This document shows positions 38,681-52,997 of a DNA stretch of 64,000 nucleotides, piece by piece. Position 1 is the stretch's first letter. The number at the start of each line of letters is the position of its first letter. A program made the position numbers and the translations under genes. The notes beneath the pieces are model-generated. The model had not been told where the DNA came from and ran no database searches. It was given only the letters and a program-made list of their open reading frames with translations. Origin of the DNA: Octopus vulgaris (lineage: Eukaryota); assembly GCA_951406725.2 (NCBI GenBank), contig OX597818.1, positions 50,592,001 through 50,656,000 on the forward strand, written 5' to 3'.

Positions 38681-38887
38681 CTTCAAACTTTACTCATAGG
38701 TTTATCACGCCTGATAGTGTTACTTCTGTGAATATTTTATTATCTCTGTCGATGAAAATTAAGCATCGGCAAGTATTACGGCTTTTGTTAAATAGGCAAA
38801 CTGGCCATAAAAATTTCCTGACTGGGTGTCAAGAACCATAAATATTTCTGACTTTCTGAATCCGCTGGATATCTAAGACAAAGCAAT

Positions 38888-39043
38888 TGTGGCTGTGTGT
38901 TAAGTAGCTTGCTTACGAACCACAATGTTCCGGGTTCAGTCCCACTGCGTGGCACCTTGAGCAAGTGTCTTCTACTATAGCCTCGGGCCGACCAAAGCCT
39001 TGTGAGTGGATTTGGCAGACGGAAACTGAAAGAAGCCCGTCGT

Positions 39044-39093
<50 letters not shown>

Positions 39094-39675
39094 CGGGAAG
39101 CTTTATGAAAATAAACAAAAGACAAAGGCAGGTGGAATACAAACAAGCAATTGTATTAGTATGGCGCTCAGGAATATAAATAAAACAAGTCTTTTACGTT
39201 TCGAGCCTACGCTCTTCAACAGAAAGATACACAGAAAAGAAACACAGAAAGAAACAAGGAGAGAAAAAAAATGCGTGCAGAGGCTAGCGAATCAACATGG
39301 CGATCTGATTTCGGCCAGAAGTCAAAGATCAAACGTGAGACGCAAGAGCGAAATTAGGGGAGATAACAGGGTCAAATGACCTCACCCCAACATAAGTGTG
39401 TGTGTGTGTATGAGAGAGTATGTAGTGCGTATGAGAGGTCTGGACGTGTGTATGTATATATGATGTGATGTGTAAAGTCATATGGTGTAGTGTAGAGAGA
39501 GGAGATGAGGGGGAGAGGGGAGGAGGAGGGGTGATGTGTAAAGTCGTATGGTGTAGTGTAGTATATATATATGTATGTGTGTGTGTGTGTGTGTGTGCAT
39601 ATGTTGTGTATCTGCGTTTGTCATCTCCCTCCCCCAACATCACTTGACAACTGATACTGGTGAGTTTACGTCCTC
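38888..39675 (+). mobile_element. SINE family A split by a Penelope-type insert (~39093-39395) in its internal microsatellite
   Basis: Head 38888-39043, tail ~39605-39675; minus-strand TCTTT-CTGTTGA-A-GAGC(gtag)GCTC-GAAAC-GTA-AAAGA at 39190-39227. Confidence 0.75.
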
Positions 39676-40249
39676 GTAGAGGACAGTGGGCGGCCGAAAT
39701 GGTTTAACAATTAATAAAATACCCTGCAATATTCAATTATTTACTCATTATATACTGAATTTAAATCCAGATGAGGTTGACTTTTCCTTTCATCAATACG
39801 GTTCGATTAACAAATCACCTAACAATCATCAGATTCAATATAATTGTTCGCATAATTCCTCCCAAACATCTAGCCATGTACTTTTCCCCGGAATCTTGCC
39901 CATAACTTTATCCGAGAAAGAAAGCAATGACCATAATACACGCAGGTTCTACCAGACTAGTAACACAGACAAAATGACACACTGAAGCTCGATTTATGTT
40001 GCAAGCCGCAGTTCATTGGATGTACACAATCAAGTAGAAAGATAATTTCATAACGTTGTAGTTCTGAAGAGAAAGTATTAATTCAGAGAATTGTAGATAA
40101 CTTTGTAGTGACTAACAATAGCTCAGACAGATCTGCGTATCATAACAGAGGGATTAGCCGTAAGTTAATTGTATTACAAAAGAGCTGCAATCATTGTTTC
40201 TGTAAAATACATACAGACATGAAAACATAAATATGAACTTACGTACGCA

Positions 40250-40284
40250 TCTATATATATGTATGTAATGTTTGCATGCATGTA

Positions 40285-40339
<55 letters not shown>

Positions 40340-40581
40340 ACATATGTATGCATTTATATGTGTGTTTGCATCTATGTATGTATATATATATATATATGCA
40401 TTTATATGTATGTTTGCATGTATGTATGTATATATATGTGTGTGTGTGTGTGTACATATGTATGCATTTATATGTGTGTTTGCATGTATGTATATATATA
40501 TATATATATGCATTTATATGTATGTATGTATGTATATATATGTGTGTGTGTGTGTACATATGTATGCATTTATATGTGCAT

Positions 40582-40646
<65 letters not shown>
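40250..40646. repeat. Higher-order microsatellite-derived minisatellite, then (GATA)n
   Basis: GTACATATGTATGCATTTATATGTG recurs three times at ~100-115 bp spacing. Confidence 0.8.
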
Positions 40647-40647
<1 letters not shown>

Positions 40648-40648
40648 C

Positions 40649-40952
40649 GTGGAGGCACATGGCCTAGTAGTTAGAGTAGCAGACTCGCAGTCGAGGGATC
40701 GCGGGTCCGAAGCTCATACCGGGCGATGTGTGTGTTTATGAGCGAAACACCGAAGCTCCACGCGGCTCCGGTAGAAGGTAATGGCGAACTTCTGCTGATT
40801 CGTTTGCCACAACTTTCTCTCACTCTTCCCTCCTGTATCTTGCAGCTCCCCTTCGGCGGTGTGGCATCCCGTCCAAGTAGGGAACCTATACGCCAAGGAA
40901 ACCGGGAAACCGGCCCTATGAGCCCGGCGTTGCTCGAGAAGGAACAAACAAC
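40649..40952 (+). mobile_element. SINE family C
   Basis: Head-to-tail match. Confidence 0.9.
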
Positions 40953-40988
<36 letters not shown>

Positions 40989-40989
<1 letters not shown>

Positions 40990-41151
40990 TACTTGTTTCA
41001 GTCATATTTGACTGCGGCCATGCTGGAGCACCACCTTTAGTCGAGCAAATCGACCCCGGGACTTATTCTTTGTAAGCCCAGTACTTATTCTATCGGTCTC
41101 TTTTGCCGAACCGCTAAGTGACGGGGACCAATGCTAAGGGGACAAACACAG

Positions 41152-41194
<43 letters not shown>

Positions 41195-41367
41195 CATATA
41201 TACGATGGGCTTCTTTCAGTTTCCGTCTACCAAATCCACTCACAAGGCATTGGTCGGCCCGGGGCTATAGCAGAAGACACTTGCCTAAGATACCACGCAG
41301 TGGGACTGAACCCGGAACCACGTGGTTGGTTAGCAAGCTACTTACCACACAGCCACTCCTGCGCCTA
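40989..41367 (-). mobile_element. SINE family A
   Basis: Reverse match with small internal deletion. Confidence 0.9.
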
Positions 41368-41888
41368 TATGTATGTATTGCTTAAATCATAAGAACTTAG
41401 AAACTACTTGAAACATGAAATAGATTTTTTTTTTAGCAGCAAAATGTGAAACAGATAAAGATAAAGCTGTGAACAACAACTTAAAAATATTGGATGGAAA
41501 AAGTCGAAGGCTGCTCGTGCTAGTACACCCAATATGCTTACATAGGATGGTGGATCGCGTCCCATGGACAACCTTCCAATTTTTCAATCAAGGGTTTTTT
41601 TTAACCCAAATATTTGCACACTTATTTTAAATTTTATCTACTTTGCATTCCATTATTAAAAACACGATATAAATATTTATATTTGTGCGCATGTGTGTAT
41701 ATGTATGTATGTATACACACATATTAAAATAACAGCTAGTGATTTACAACTTTGCATCCCTTTAGATTTAGTTGTAATTACTATAGCGTTTATTATATTC
41801 ATGATAAATTTATTTTATTATTAATTTATAATTTGAAGAGAAAGATGATGAATTAACAGAGTCTGTAGAGTACTGGGTAAAATACCTT

Positions 41889-42305
41889 TTTCTTTACTAC
41901 CCACAATGGGCTAAACACAGAGGGGACAAACAAGGACAGACAAAGGGATTAAGTCGATTACATCGACCCCAGTGCGTAACTGGTACTTATTTAATCGACC
42001 CCGAAAGGGTGAAAGGCAAAGTCGACCTCAGTGGAATTTGAACTCAGAACGTAGCGGCAGACGAAATACCTATTTCTTTACTACCCACAAGGGGCTAAAC
42101 ACAGAGGGGACAAAGAAGGACAGACAAACGGATTAAGTCAATTACATCGACCCCAGTGCGTAACTGGTACTTATTTAATCAACCCCGGAAAGGGTGAATG
42201 GCAAAGTCGACCTCGGCGGAATTTGAACTCAGAACGTAGCGGCAGACGAAATACCGCTAAGCATTTCGCCCGGCGTGCTAACGATTCTGGCAGCTCACCG
42301 CCTTC
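41889..42305 (-). mobile_element. SINE family B with tandem duplication, nested in an old B-like copy
   Basis: 18-bp TSD TACTGGG(T/C)AAAATACCTT at 41871-41888 / 42306-42323. Confidence 0.9.
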
Positions 42306-42988
42306 TACTGGGCAAAATACCTTGTGCTTTTTAGCAGCGTACTTTTATTCACATTGTTCATTTTTCGCCGAGTTCGATTACACCATTTGATCTTCCATGG
42401 GTCGATGAAATAAATACTAGTTGAGTACTGGCGTCGACTCCAATCACCAAAAGTATTCCTTCACATTTGAGGCATCGTCTTATTGTAATACATCATAATT
42501 TTATCATAGCATACACACACGCATATACACACATATCTACATACGTTTTTCAGACAAAATTAATGTACAGAATATTTTAGAGACATATTGCGCTTTATTA
42601 CACAATTTAAGACAAATACATTTTACAACAAAGGAGGGATAACGTTAAAAGAAAATATATGATTTACGACAATGCTAGTTCTACTATTTTTATTTATTTT
42701 TCGACACTATAAATCATTCCCGAATAGCACTTACTCTTGAGTATTTTCCTCCCAGACAGCTTTTAGAGGATCAAACGATTTAGTTAATTTAGACGATACT
42801 ATTTGGCCGCCAGGGTAATACATTCCATTAGTGTCAGTCTTATTTCTTTTGTCACTACATTCACAGCAACTTTCCTTTCATTATGCTATCATACAAAACT
42901 GATTAAATGTAATCCGTGACATTGTATATGTGAGTTACCAGCTGTAAATTTTGTCTTTCTCTTTGATCATTGCGTAAAGAAATAAAGC

Positions 42989-43625
42989 CTGATTGCTTCG
43001 ATTCTGCATGGTCAATAATTCCTTTCTACCAATTTGTATTGTTTCATGTTTTACACCTCTTACAGTCATCTTTTTCTCTGGATTTCACTTTTTTTGTGGA
43101 CTCTGCAATATTTATTGTCCACTCTTCAACGTTCATTTTCTTATGGTTTTTGACAAATACTATCATCTGAATCATCAGCCCCAAACAATAAATTTATAGC
43201 CCAGCCGAAATTGCGAGGATGATCCGGTTCTTGACTGGGGATAAAAAGCTTCTGATTGCTTCGATTCTGCATGGTCAATAATTCCTTTCTACCAATTTGT
43301 ATTGTTTCATGTTTGACACCTCTTTCAGTCATCCTTTTCTCTGGATTTCACTTTTTTTGTGGACTCTTTGCAATATTTCTTGTCCACTCTTCAACCTTCA
43401 TTTTCTTATGGTTTTTGACAAATACTATCATCGGAATCATCAGCCCCAAGCAATACATTTATAGCCCAGCCGAAATTGCGAGGATGATCCGGTTCTTGAC
43501 TGAGGATAAAAAGCTTCGAATGACCCGTCTTTGTTTTTTTTTTTTGTATCGTCTATCTCGATGTCTTGTTGTCCCTTTTTGTATCACCTAGTTGCCCGGA
43601 TGTTTTGCGTTCTTGTCTCATTTTG

Positions 43626-43628
<3 letters not shown>
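42989..43628 (+). repeat. Two tandem ~263-bp units plus tail ending at (TA)n; homologous in reverse to 62435-62558
   Basis: CTGATTGCTTCGATTCTGCATGG at 42989 and 43252; GCCGAAATTGCGAGGATGATCCGGTTCTTGACTG shared with the 62.5-kb copy. Confidence 0.85.
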
Positions 43629-43671
<43 letters not shown>

Positions 43672-43702
43672 CGGTGTACGTACACTTTGTTCTCTCTCTC
43701 TC

Positions 43703-43733
<31 letters not shown>

Positions 43734-46252
43734 CTTTATACTAGCAAATCTTAATTGTATTTTAATTTATTCCCAAAGCCTGTACAGTTTCGTGTAACTT
43801 CGTATATTCTCATATAAAATGGATACAAGTTTCAATGTCCGGCTTGATAATCATTTAGAGATTCATTCTGCCTGAAACCATTGGTAGCCTTGACCCACAA
43901 ATAAAGAATATTTATCCACTCATTGAGCACTCATTCTTATTATTCGACATCAGCGTGTATATATATATATGTATGTGTGTATATGCGTATGTGTGTGTGT
44001 GTGTTCGTAAGTATAAATATTTATCTTCATATATAACTGAAATTCAAATTCTGTATCGACCCTGGTAAATAATATACATACGAAGAAAGATACACGCACA
44101 TACCGACAAGACATACATATCGAACGCAAATAACACGATTTTATGAATGAAAAATATTAGCTTGCGAGTAATAAAGAGAGAGAGAGAGTGAGAGGGGGAA
44201 GTGAGGAATTCCGCGAAAAATTGTATCCTGAGGAAGTAATATATATGGACTTGTATATACGAGTAAATGTTTTCCTGAAGACTGCTCGCAAAGCAGAGCA
44301 ATAATTTCCCATAGTAGCAATGTTATAAATCGTAATTCGTTCCCAGGAAAATATTTTACCTATAAAATTTATAATATTCGTACATAAATGGCAATAAAAC
44401 AACAGTAGAATGTAAAGAATCTTTTATGTAAAGTAAAAAAAAATATTAAGATCATTTATAATAAAATATATTTTTATAATCGTTTTCTGCAACACTTTCA
44501 CTCGCTCTAGACTTCCGCACACTATCATGTGTAGACGGGATCACCGATTCACAAGCACTCGTAGACGGACTTGTAGATTTCTTTTCATAATCAAATTTAG
44601 AGTTGTTTTCTTCGAATAAACTTATTTTCGCGCTCTATAAATTTCTCGGCAACACACAAGTATTTGTCATGGTAGTAGAAACTTATGTACTTCGTTCAAA
44701 ATTTGTCTCTTTAATCTTTTTGTATTTATTATAAAATAAAACTCGTAAACCCGGTGTCTCGTAAAGCAGGTCGTAGTAAAATGAGTTATTCCTGTACAGT
44801 CCTGTAGTATTTTGCAATGGTTCATAGTTGTAAAGACATGGTTGTAAATGTGCTATCAGTAAAGCAGTTTGGATCATTAAATTTACTATTTACATATTTG
44901 CAATGAGAGATTTTCATTAGAACGGTATTTTGGAAGGGAAAATCTCACGCATTCCCATGAACCTTTGCGATACAAATCAAAACGCCTGAAAGTACGCCAT
45001 AGTATAATGATTACATTCGGAGGAAGAAACTAAAATGGCTGCAAAAGTGGTATGCGCTAATATAAAGCATGGCAAATCCTTAATATAAATGATCTTGAAA
45101 ATGGACGTTTTCCATATATATTTGTTCCCAATCTACGCACACGCATACACAGATGCACAGATGCACACACAGATGCACACACGCGAACGCACAGACACCA
45201 ACACACATATTCAGAGAAACATTCTAAACCACAGAGAGAGGGAGAGAGAGAGAAAGAGAGAGAAAAAGAGAGGTAATTGACAATGAGTTATGTATTTACA
45301 TCGTCATTTTCCCTTATATAAATACATATACACTTTGTTTGTGAGAGTGTATGGATATTATATAATAATATATGTATAATATGTATAATATAAAATATAT
45401 ATTTACATACATATTTATACATATATGCACGCACGCACGCACGCCCATATATCCGATATATAACCTCAAGCCCTTTTAAAGCAACATTTTATTTGCATAG
45501 CATTCTCTTATGAATCACAACAGAAGCAAACAAACTTGTTTGGTTTCATACATTTGGTCGCCAAAAAGAATAATTCAATAATAGATAATATTAAATGGAA
45601 TATACATTCCAGAACTACAGAATACCAGGCAAATAAAAACCAACGTAATCTTTGCAACATAGAATGACATCATATCGTTTTTATTACATCATTATTCAAC
45701 AACTATTCAGAAAAAAAACCCATTCTAAACTGCATTCACATAAACTTTTATTCGTATAAATTTTCAAAAGCAGCCATCTTTCGTATCGCTAACAATAACT
45801 CTATCTCCTTCTGAGCCCACGTAATACATTATGTTTATACAATATTCATTCCATTATATCACTGTCTCATTCTCAATTCGTATCCTAATTAATAGTATTC
45901 CATCTTCATTACTAACGGTTGTATATCCATCAACGTAAACTTTGACTTGATGCGTATGACTATTAACGTTAATCGGTTTTCGCCTTGTTCCGTTGTCAAG
46001 CTTAAGCGATTTTATTCAGATTCAATTTTCATGTCGTTCTCGACATTCTGAAATATATTAGTAAAGCAATTGATCGTCCTCAAACTGACGATTTTATTAA
46101 ATATAAACACATTACATTCTACTAAAATCACGTATTGCGTACAATCTATCATTAAAATTTATCATTTTATATATATACATATACAGTTATCTAAACAACA
46201 CACACACACACACGTACACACATATACATACACACACACACATACACACACA

Positions 46253-46288
<36 letters not shown>

Positions 46289-46393
46289 GGCCTCAAGGGT
46301 CAGTTTTCTGTAAGAAATCTGCGAAACTTTTAGTCGCGTAGAGCCGAATCAAGTTGTTTTAAATAATAGTATATGTAACTTCTGCTAAATGTT

Positions 46394-46828
46394 TGTTGTG
46401 TGGACGCCCCCAGACGACGGAGTAGACTAGCCCAATACGTAGATATCTATTTCTTTATTGCCCACAAGGGGCTAAACATAGAGGGGACAAACAAGGACAG
46501 ACAAAGGGTTTAAGTCGATTTCATAGACCTCAGTGCGTAACTGGTACTTAATTTATCGACCCCGAAAGGATGAAAGGCAAAGTCGACCTCGGCGGAATTT
46601 GAACTCAGAACGTAATGGCAGACGAAATACTGCTAAGCATTTCTCCCGTCGTGCTAACGATTCTGCCAGTTCCCCGCCTTCCAATACGTAGATATAGTGG
46701 GAGAAGTCTAGACGTCGAAGAACAGAGACTAGAAGAGAATAGCAGAGAGTAGCAGTAGACTAGAACAGTTGAGTAGCATTCGGAGAGAGCAGAGTTGAGT
46801 AGAAGGCATCCGATCGTGCGACATGACA
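46394..46828. mobile_element. Short solo LTR (~186 bp net) interrupted by SINE B
   Basis: TGTTGTG...CATGACA termini; 5-bp TSD ATGTT at 46389-46393 / 46829-46833. Confidence 0.7.
46447..46680 (-). mobile_element. SINE family B, full length
   Basis: 15-bp TSD CCAATACGTAGATAT at 46432-46446 / 46681-46695. Confidence 0.93.
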
Positions 46829-46927
46829 ATGTTTGAGTACTTTTTTCTTTCCTTTGTCCACTCACTCGTATACATACTTACATGCATGCATCTTTACATA
46901 CATACATACATGCATACAAACATACAT

Positions 46928-47089
46928 AGGCGCAGGAGTGGCTGTGTGGTAAGTAGCTTGCTAACCACATGGTTCCGGGTTCAGTCCCACCGCGTGGCAT
47001 CTTGGGCAAGTGTCTTCTGCTATAGCCCCGGACCGACCAATGCCTTGTGAGTGGATTTGGTAGACGGAAACTGAAAGAAGCCTGTCGTA

Positions 47090-47126
<37 letters not shown>

Positions 47127-47358
47127 GTGTGTGTATGTGTTTGTGTGTCTGTGTTTGTCTCCCTAGCATTGCTTGACAACCGATGCTGGTGTGTTTACGT
47201 CCCCGTCACTTAGCTGTTCGGCAAAAGAGACCGATAGAATAAGTACTGGGCTTACAAAGAATAAGTCCCGGGGTCGATTTGCTCGACTAAAGGCGGTGCT
47301 CCAGCATGGCCGCAGTCAAATGACTGAAACAAGTAAAAGAGTAAGAGAGTAAAAAAGT
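46928..47358 (+). mobile_element. SINE family A, full length
   Basis: Head-to-tail match. Confidence 0.93.
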
Positions 47359-47872
47359 AATACATGCATACATACATGCATACATACATACATACATACA
47401 TACATACATACATACATACATACATACATACATACATACATACATGTGTGTATATAGAAGGTGTCCCAAAAATGTCTGGTTGAGTAACAGTATCATCAAA
47501 GATATTTTAGAAGTATCTAAAGCTACGTCATATGTCTCCTTCTTTTCCAGACAACAGGTATTTGTTGCGGGGTAGACTTAGCCGCTATTTTCAACAGAAG
47601 GAGCAACCACGTGCAGAGTCTGTTTGTACGAATAGATACTGAAACGAACGGGTTGAAGAGTCCAATTCTTAAGAAATTCTCTTTGATATCATGATATTCC
47701 AGAATAACCGAGCATAATTTCTGTGCAGCTTCGCTCAGGCTCTTTAAACCAGGTGGTTAGAGCCGAGTTGGTTGAAAGACTTCACCAGGTCCCACTGGAG
47801 AAAGTATCGCTTTCAGTGCGTGAATGTGTATATGTATACATATAAGAGTATGCATATATGTATACTCTAGTA

Positions 47873-48050
47873 CTCTTTTACTTGTTTCAGTCATTTGACT
47901 GCGGCCATGCTGGAGCACCGCCTTTAGTCGAGCACATCAAACCCAGGACTTATTCTTTGTAAGCCTAGTACTTATTCTATCAGTCTCTTTTGCCGAACAC
48001 CAGCATCGGTTGTCAAGCGATGTTGGGGAGACAAACACAGACACACAAAC
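47873..48050 (-). mobile_element. SINE family A 3' half
   Basis: Reverse tail match. Confidence 0.88.
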
Positions 48051-48069
48051 CTACACACACACACTCACA

Positions 48070-48127
<58 letters not shown>

Positions 48128-48163
48128 TACATACATACATACATACATACATACATACATACA

Positions 48164-48199
<36 letters not shown>

Positions 48200-48213
48200 T
48201 ATACATATATATA

Positions 48214-48609
48214 TACTCTCTGCTCTTCTATTTCAATTCTTGTTATCTGTGAATTTTCCATATCTAGATCCTTCATATTTTCTTTGTCTCTATTGACGGA
48301 ACAGCCCTTATTCAGGTATATTTGCGTATCACTTGGGAGATTCTAGAAACAGTTGTAAGACCTCAACTAATTTAAGAATAATACATATGACTTGAGATGC
48401 TTGTTATGTCTTCGCGTTTGTTGTCCCCTTTCAAAATTTAATACATAGGCGCAGGGGTGGCTGAGTGGTAAGTAGCTTGCTTATGAACCACATAATTCCG
48501 GGTTCAGTCCCACTGATTGACACCTTGGACAAGTGTCTTCTTATATAGCCTCGGGCCGACCGAAGCCTTGTGAGTGGATTTGGTAGACGGAAACTGAAAG
48601 ACGTCCGTC

Positions 48610-48674
<65 letters not shown>

Positions 48675-49020
48675 TCGGCCCGAGGCTATATAAGAAGACA
48701 CTTGTCCAAGGTGTCAATCAGTGGGACTGAACCCGGAATTATGTGGTTCATAAGCAAGCTACTTACCACTCAGCCACCCCTGCGCCTATGTATTAAATTT
48801 TGAAAGGGGACAACAAACGCGAAGACATAACAAGCATCTCAAGTCATATGTATTTTTCTTAAATTAGTTGAGGTCTTACAACTGTTTCTAGAATCTCCCA
48901 AGTGATACGCAAATATACCTGAATAAGGGCTGTTCCGTCAATAGAGACAAAGAAAATATGAAGGATCTAGATATGGAAAATTCACAGATAACAAGAATTG
49001 AAATAGAAGAGCAGAGAGTA
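48214..49020. repeat. 348-bp near-perfect inverted duplication containing a Penelope-type hammerhead remnant and a SINE A head
   Basis: Arms 48214-48561 / 48673-49020; GAAAC-AGTT-GTA-AGACCT near 48346; SINE A heads at 48447 (+) and 48787 (-). Confidence 0.9.
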
Positions 49021-49232
49021 AGGATATAAGGAAATAAGTTCACAGTTTATTTTTGCGAGGGTGATCCTTGATAACCCGTTACAGCACTTACCCAGCGTAA
49101 CTATTCGTTTAGATCACCAGTGAACTAAACGCCTATATTTTATATGTATTTGTATATGTATATTTATAGAGTGATACGACACATATTTATATGTGTACGT
49201 GTACATTTATACGTGTACATTTATATGTGTAC

Positions 49233-49264
<32 letters not shown>

Positions 49265-49333
49265 CTGTATGCATGTATATATATGTATATATATATCTGT
49301 ATGTATGTATGTGTGTATCTATGTATGTATGTG

Positions 49334-49400
<67 letters not shown>

Positions 49401-49476
49401 GTATATATATCAGTATGTATGTATGTATATATGTATGTATATATATACATATGTATATATATATATGTATATATGC

Positions 49477-49518
<42 letters not shown>

Positions 49519-49713
49519 TTACTGTTTTCATTAACTGGTTAACAGTGATGTGTTATACTGTTGTCAAGGTGTTTGTCGATAATATCGATCTCAGTGTTTA
49601 TTTCGGTCTACTACTTATTTATCAATCACAATTTATTGAACTGCCAACTCTCTCAAGTGCACGCGCACGTACACACGCCCCCAAACAATATTTGCATGTT
49701 ATTTCAATGCACT

Positions 49714-49750
<37 letters not shown>

Positions 49751-49825
49751 GTATGTATGCATGTATGTATATATTGTGTAGATAGGTATCCAAATATCTA
49801 TACCCTATATATATATGTATGTATG

Positions 49826-49889
<64 letters not shown>

Positions 49890-50046
49890 TATATACATAA
49901 TATATATAAATATATATACATAATAAATACATAATATATATATATATTTATTTATATATATATACATATATATATGTATATGTATATGTATGTATATATA
50001 TGTATATGTATATATAAATATATATATAAATGTATATATTATATAT

Positions 50047-50088
<42 letters not shown>

Positions 50089-50449
50089 GGGGAGAAGAGA
50101 GAGAGAGAAAGATGAGCAAAACGAGAGCCCATTACGATGCACTTACGTAAAACATATTTTTATTACTTTGTGTTTTTCTTTCATTCTTAATATTTTCTAC
50201 GAGAGAACAGACTTTTCAAAACTTAAATGATATGCAATAATTGACTTTCCCTTGGTCCAAAGGCTGGTTGAATAACTTTAAACTTCCAACCAATCAAACT
50301 CGTTGGCATTTTACAACTTCTTTGCTAACTGACTATTAATTAAATAATTCAGCTAAATGCCAAACTAACGAGCGTGACCTTCTTACTCAATATTACTTCA
50401 CCTATTACTAATTTAAATATTTTATTAATCCAAGCGAGCTACGCAAAAT

Positions 50450-51270
50450 GCTCCGTACTCCCGATAGAGAAAACCGTGAATGTATTGTTCTGAAGAATGA
50501 CAAGGGAAATGGACTGAAAGAGCGACCTTGCCTCTTGCGATGTCTACACATACTGAATGGCATCGCTTCGCTGAATATACTGAATAGGGACGTGATTCGG
50601 TATGTGAGGCGTTTTCAGCGCTGTAAGTTCGGAAAGAAACGTGTCAGAGAGTCGTCAATGCTTTGTCCGATTTCGATCCTGTCGAGCGACGAAGCGTATG
50701 CCTGATGTCGACTGCATCAGGCTGCACTGGAGGAAATATCGCTTCCGGTTATAACCCAGGTTAGAAACTTGCTGCTTTGGGCAGAAAGATTATGATAGCA
50801 TTCTTTCGGTTTAACTACGCTGACTGCAATTACACTAAACCAAGCCACTTTGACGATATCATTGAGGGTAACAGCCGAATAGCGAACGTGCAACTGGCAG
50901 TGAGGCGACATGACATCGGAAAAAGTCCGAAAGCCAATTCAATAAACTCACAACGGTATTTGTGTTGCTCTTACATGCGAAGTTGAAATATCGCGAGAGT
51001 ACATCAAGTCGACCTCTAAGGTACAGAATGTAGCCATGCGTCGGGAAGGAGCGGAGATGCAGAACTGAAAAAATCCCATTCGATGTTGGCCAATCTAATG
51101 TACAACTCTATCCCAAACTTTACGGCACTAGACGGTGTCTAAGTTTCGTTTACCTGATATAATGTCCCATGGATTAAGGTATAATCACACAGTCAGTTGT
51201 CATAAATGCTGATGGCATTAGGTCCTGCTAAGTTGTGAAGAACCTTGTTGATGAGGACACTAAAAATGGC
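50450..51270 (+). pseudogene. Possible highly degraded Gypsy-type integrase remnant
   Basis: RDVIRYVRRFQRCK (H2C2-like), LEEISLPVIT, SFG....ITLNQ, ANLMY and RLP occur in integrase-like order; weak. Confidence 0.3.
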
Positions 51271-51295
51271 CTGTAATAATGTATGCATATATGTA

Positions 51296-51841
51296 TTGTC
51301 CGGAAAGTTCGTGCCGATTTTTAAAGGTCAATAAATACTTGCCATTACATTTTTAATCAACCAAATATGAACCATTTTGTTGCACAATACGTCTCCATCT
51401 TTCCTTTAACTTGAAAATACCCTCTTCCCAGAATTGAGGTGGTTTCATGGCAAATAATTCATCAAGGTATCTTTTTACGTCATCCAAGGAATTGAAATAT
51501 TTACCATTAAGACTATTCTGCAGAGACCTGAATAAGTGGAAATCCGAAGGAGCAATATCTGGTGAATATGGAGGGTGGGGTAACACATCCCAGCCGAGCT
51601 GCAGCAATTTTTGTCTGTTTCCCAAACATCAAGTGCCGAAAATGAACTTTTTTATCTTCTATTTTAAAGGGTCATAGAATTAACTCAGGTTATAAGAATA
51701 TAAACCTTCTTTCACGAAAAGATTGCTTAATCTGTGCTCTAAATGGAGGTGTAGTCAAACCCTATTTTATGGACTCAAGTGTTCTCAAATAAGTCGAAAG
51801 GTAAGCTACTATAAATCGGCACGAACTTTCCGGACAACCCA

Positions 51842-51842
<1 letters not shown>
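51296..51842 (-). mobile_element. Internally deleted mariner element
   Basis: TIR TTGTCCGGAAAGTTCGTGCCGATTT; ORF remnant LGWDVLPHPPYSPDIAPSDFHLFRSLQNSL (mariner YSPDLAPSD motif). Confidence 0.95.
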
Positions 51843-51872
<30 letters not shown>

Positions 51873-52049
51873 TGTATGTATGTATGTATGTATGTATGTA
51901 TGTATGTATGTATGTATGTATGTATGTATGTATGTATGTATGTATAGAGTGAAGCAAAAATGCGGATAAACAAATTAGACACATCAAATATATCAAATAT
52001 ATTAAATACATCAAATATAAAATATGTATATATGTATACATTCGAAACG

Positions 52050-52330
52050 AGAGAAAGCAGAAGGTGGAAGCTTTCAGAGGATGAATTTTTACTTATAAGT
52101 ATATAGATATTTATAGCTCCAGCTTACACAGAGTAAAGGGATGGAAGAAAGGCGTTATATGCCTAACAGCTGTTTCTAGGAGCTCGGTGATCCATAATAA
52201 TATTGGTAGATTTACTTCATCACAAGGTGCAGCTGTATGGATGCAATTAACATCAGAGTAGAGAAAACCTTACATTTCTTAATGTAGAGAAGTTCCAGGA
52301 CTAAATCATTCTTATTTGAACTTTTCTGTA
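52050..52330 (-). mobile_element. Degraded Penelope-type pLTR
   Basis: Minus strand CCT-TGTGATGAAG...CTA-GAAAC-AGCT-GTT-AGG at 52162-52227. Confidence 0.45.
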
Positions 52331-52360
52331 TTAAGATATGAAAAGATGTATATGTGTATA

Positions 52361-52771
52361 TACTCTTTTACTCTTTTACTTCTTTCAGTCATTTGACTGT
52401 GGCCATGTTGGAGCACCGCCTTTTAGTCGAGCAAATCAACCCCGGGACTTATTCTTTGTAAGCCCAGTACTTATTCTATCGGTCTCTTTTGCCGAACCGC
52501 TAAGTAACGGGGACGTAAACACACCAGCATCGGTTGTCAAGCAATGCTAGAGGGACAAACACAGACACACAAACATATACACACGCATACATATATATAC
52601 ATATATACGACGGGCTTCTTTCAGTTTCCGTCTACCAAATCCACTCACAAGGCATTGGTCGGCACGAGGCTATAGCAGAAGACACTTGCCCAAGATGCCA
52701 CGCAGTGGGACTGAACCCGGAACCATGTGGTTTGTTAGCAAGCTACTTACCACACAGCCACTCCTGCGCCT
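52361..52771 (-). mobile_element. SINE family A, full length
   Basis: Reverse match. Confidence 0.93.
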
Positions 52772-52997
52772 AAATATATATATATTTAAATATAAACAAT
52801 AGGAGAGACCACTATGTGGATAGCTTGTATGCTAAAAATAGACGTCAAACCGTCTCACCACGAAATCTGTGTTCTCAAATGAAAAATAAAATAACGGTCC
52901 TCGGACGTTCTTTAAGTATCCTGACTACTAGTTGAAATTGATATTATTTGATAATATTAATTTCTACTCGTTATATATATATATATATTTATCAAAG

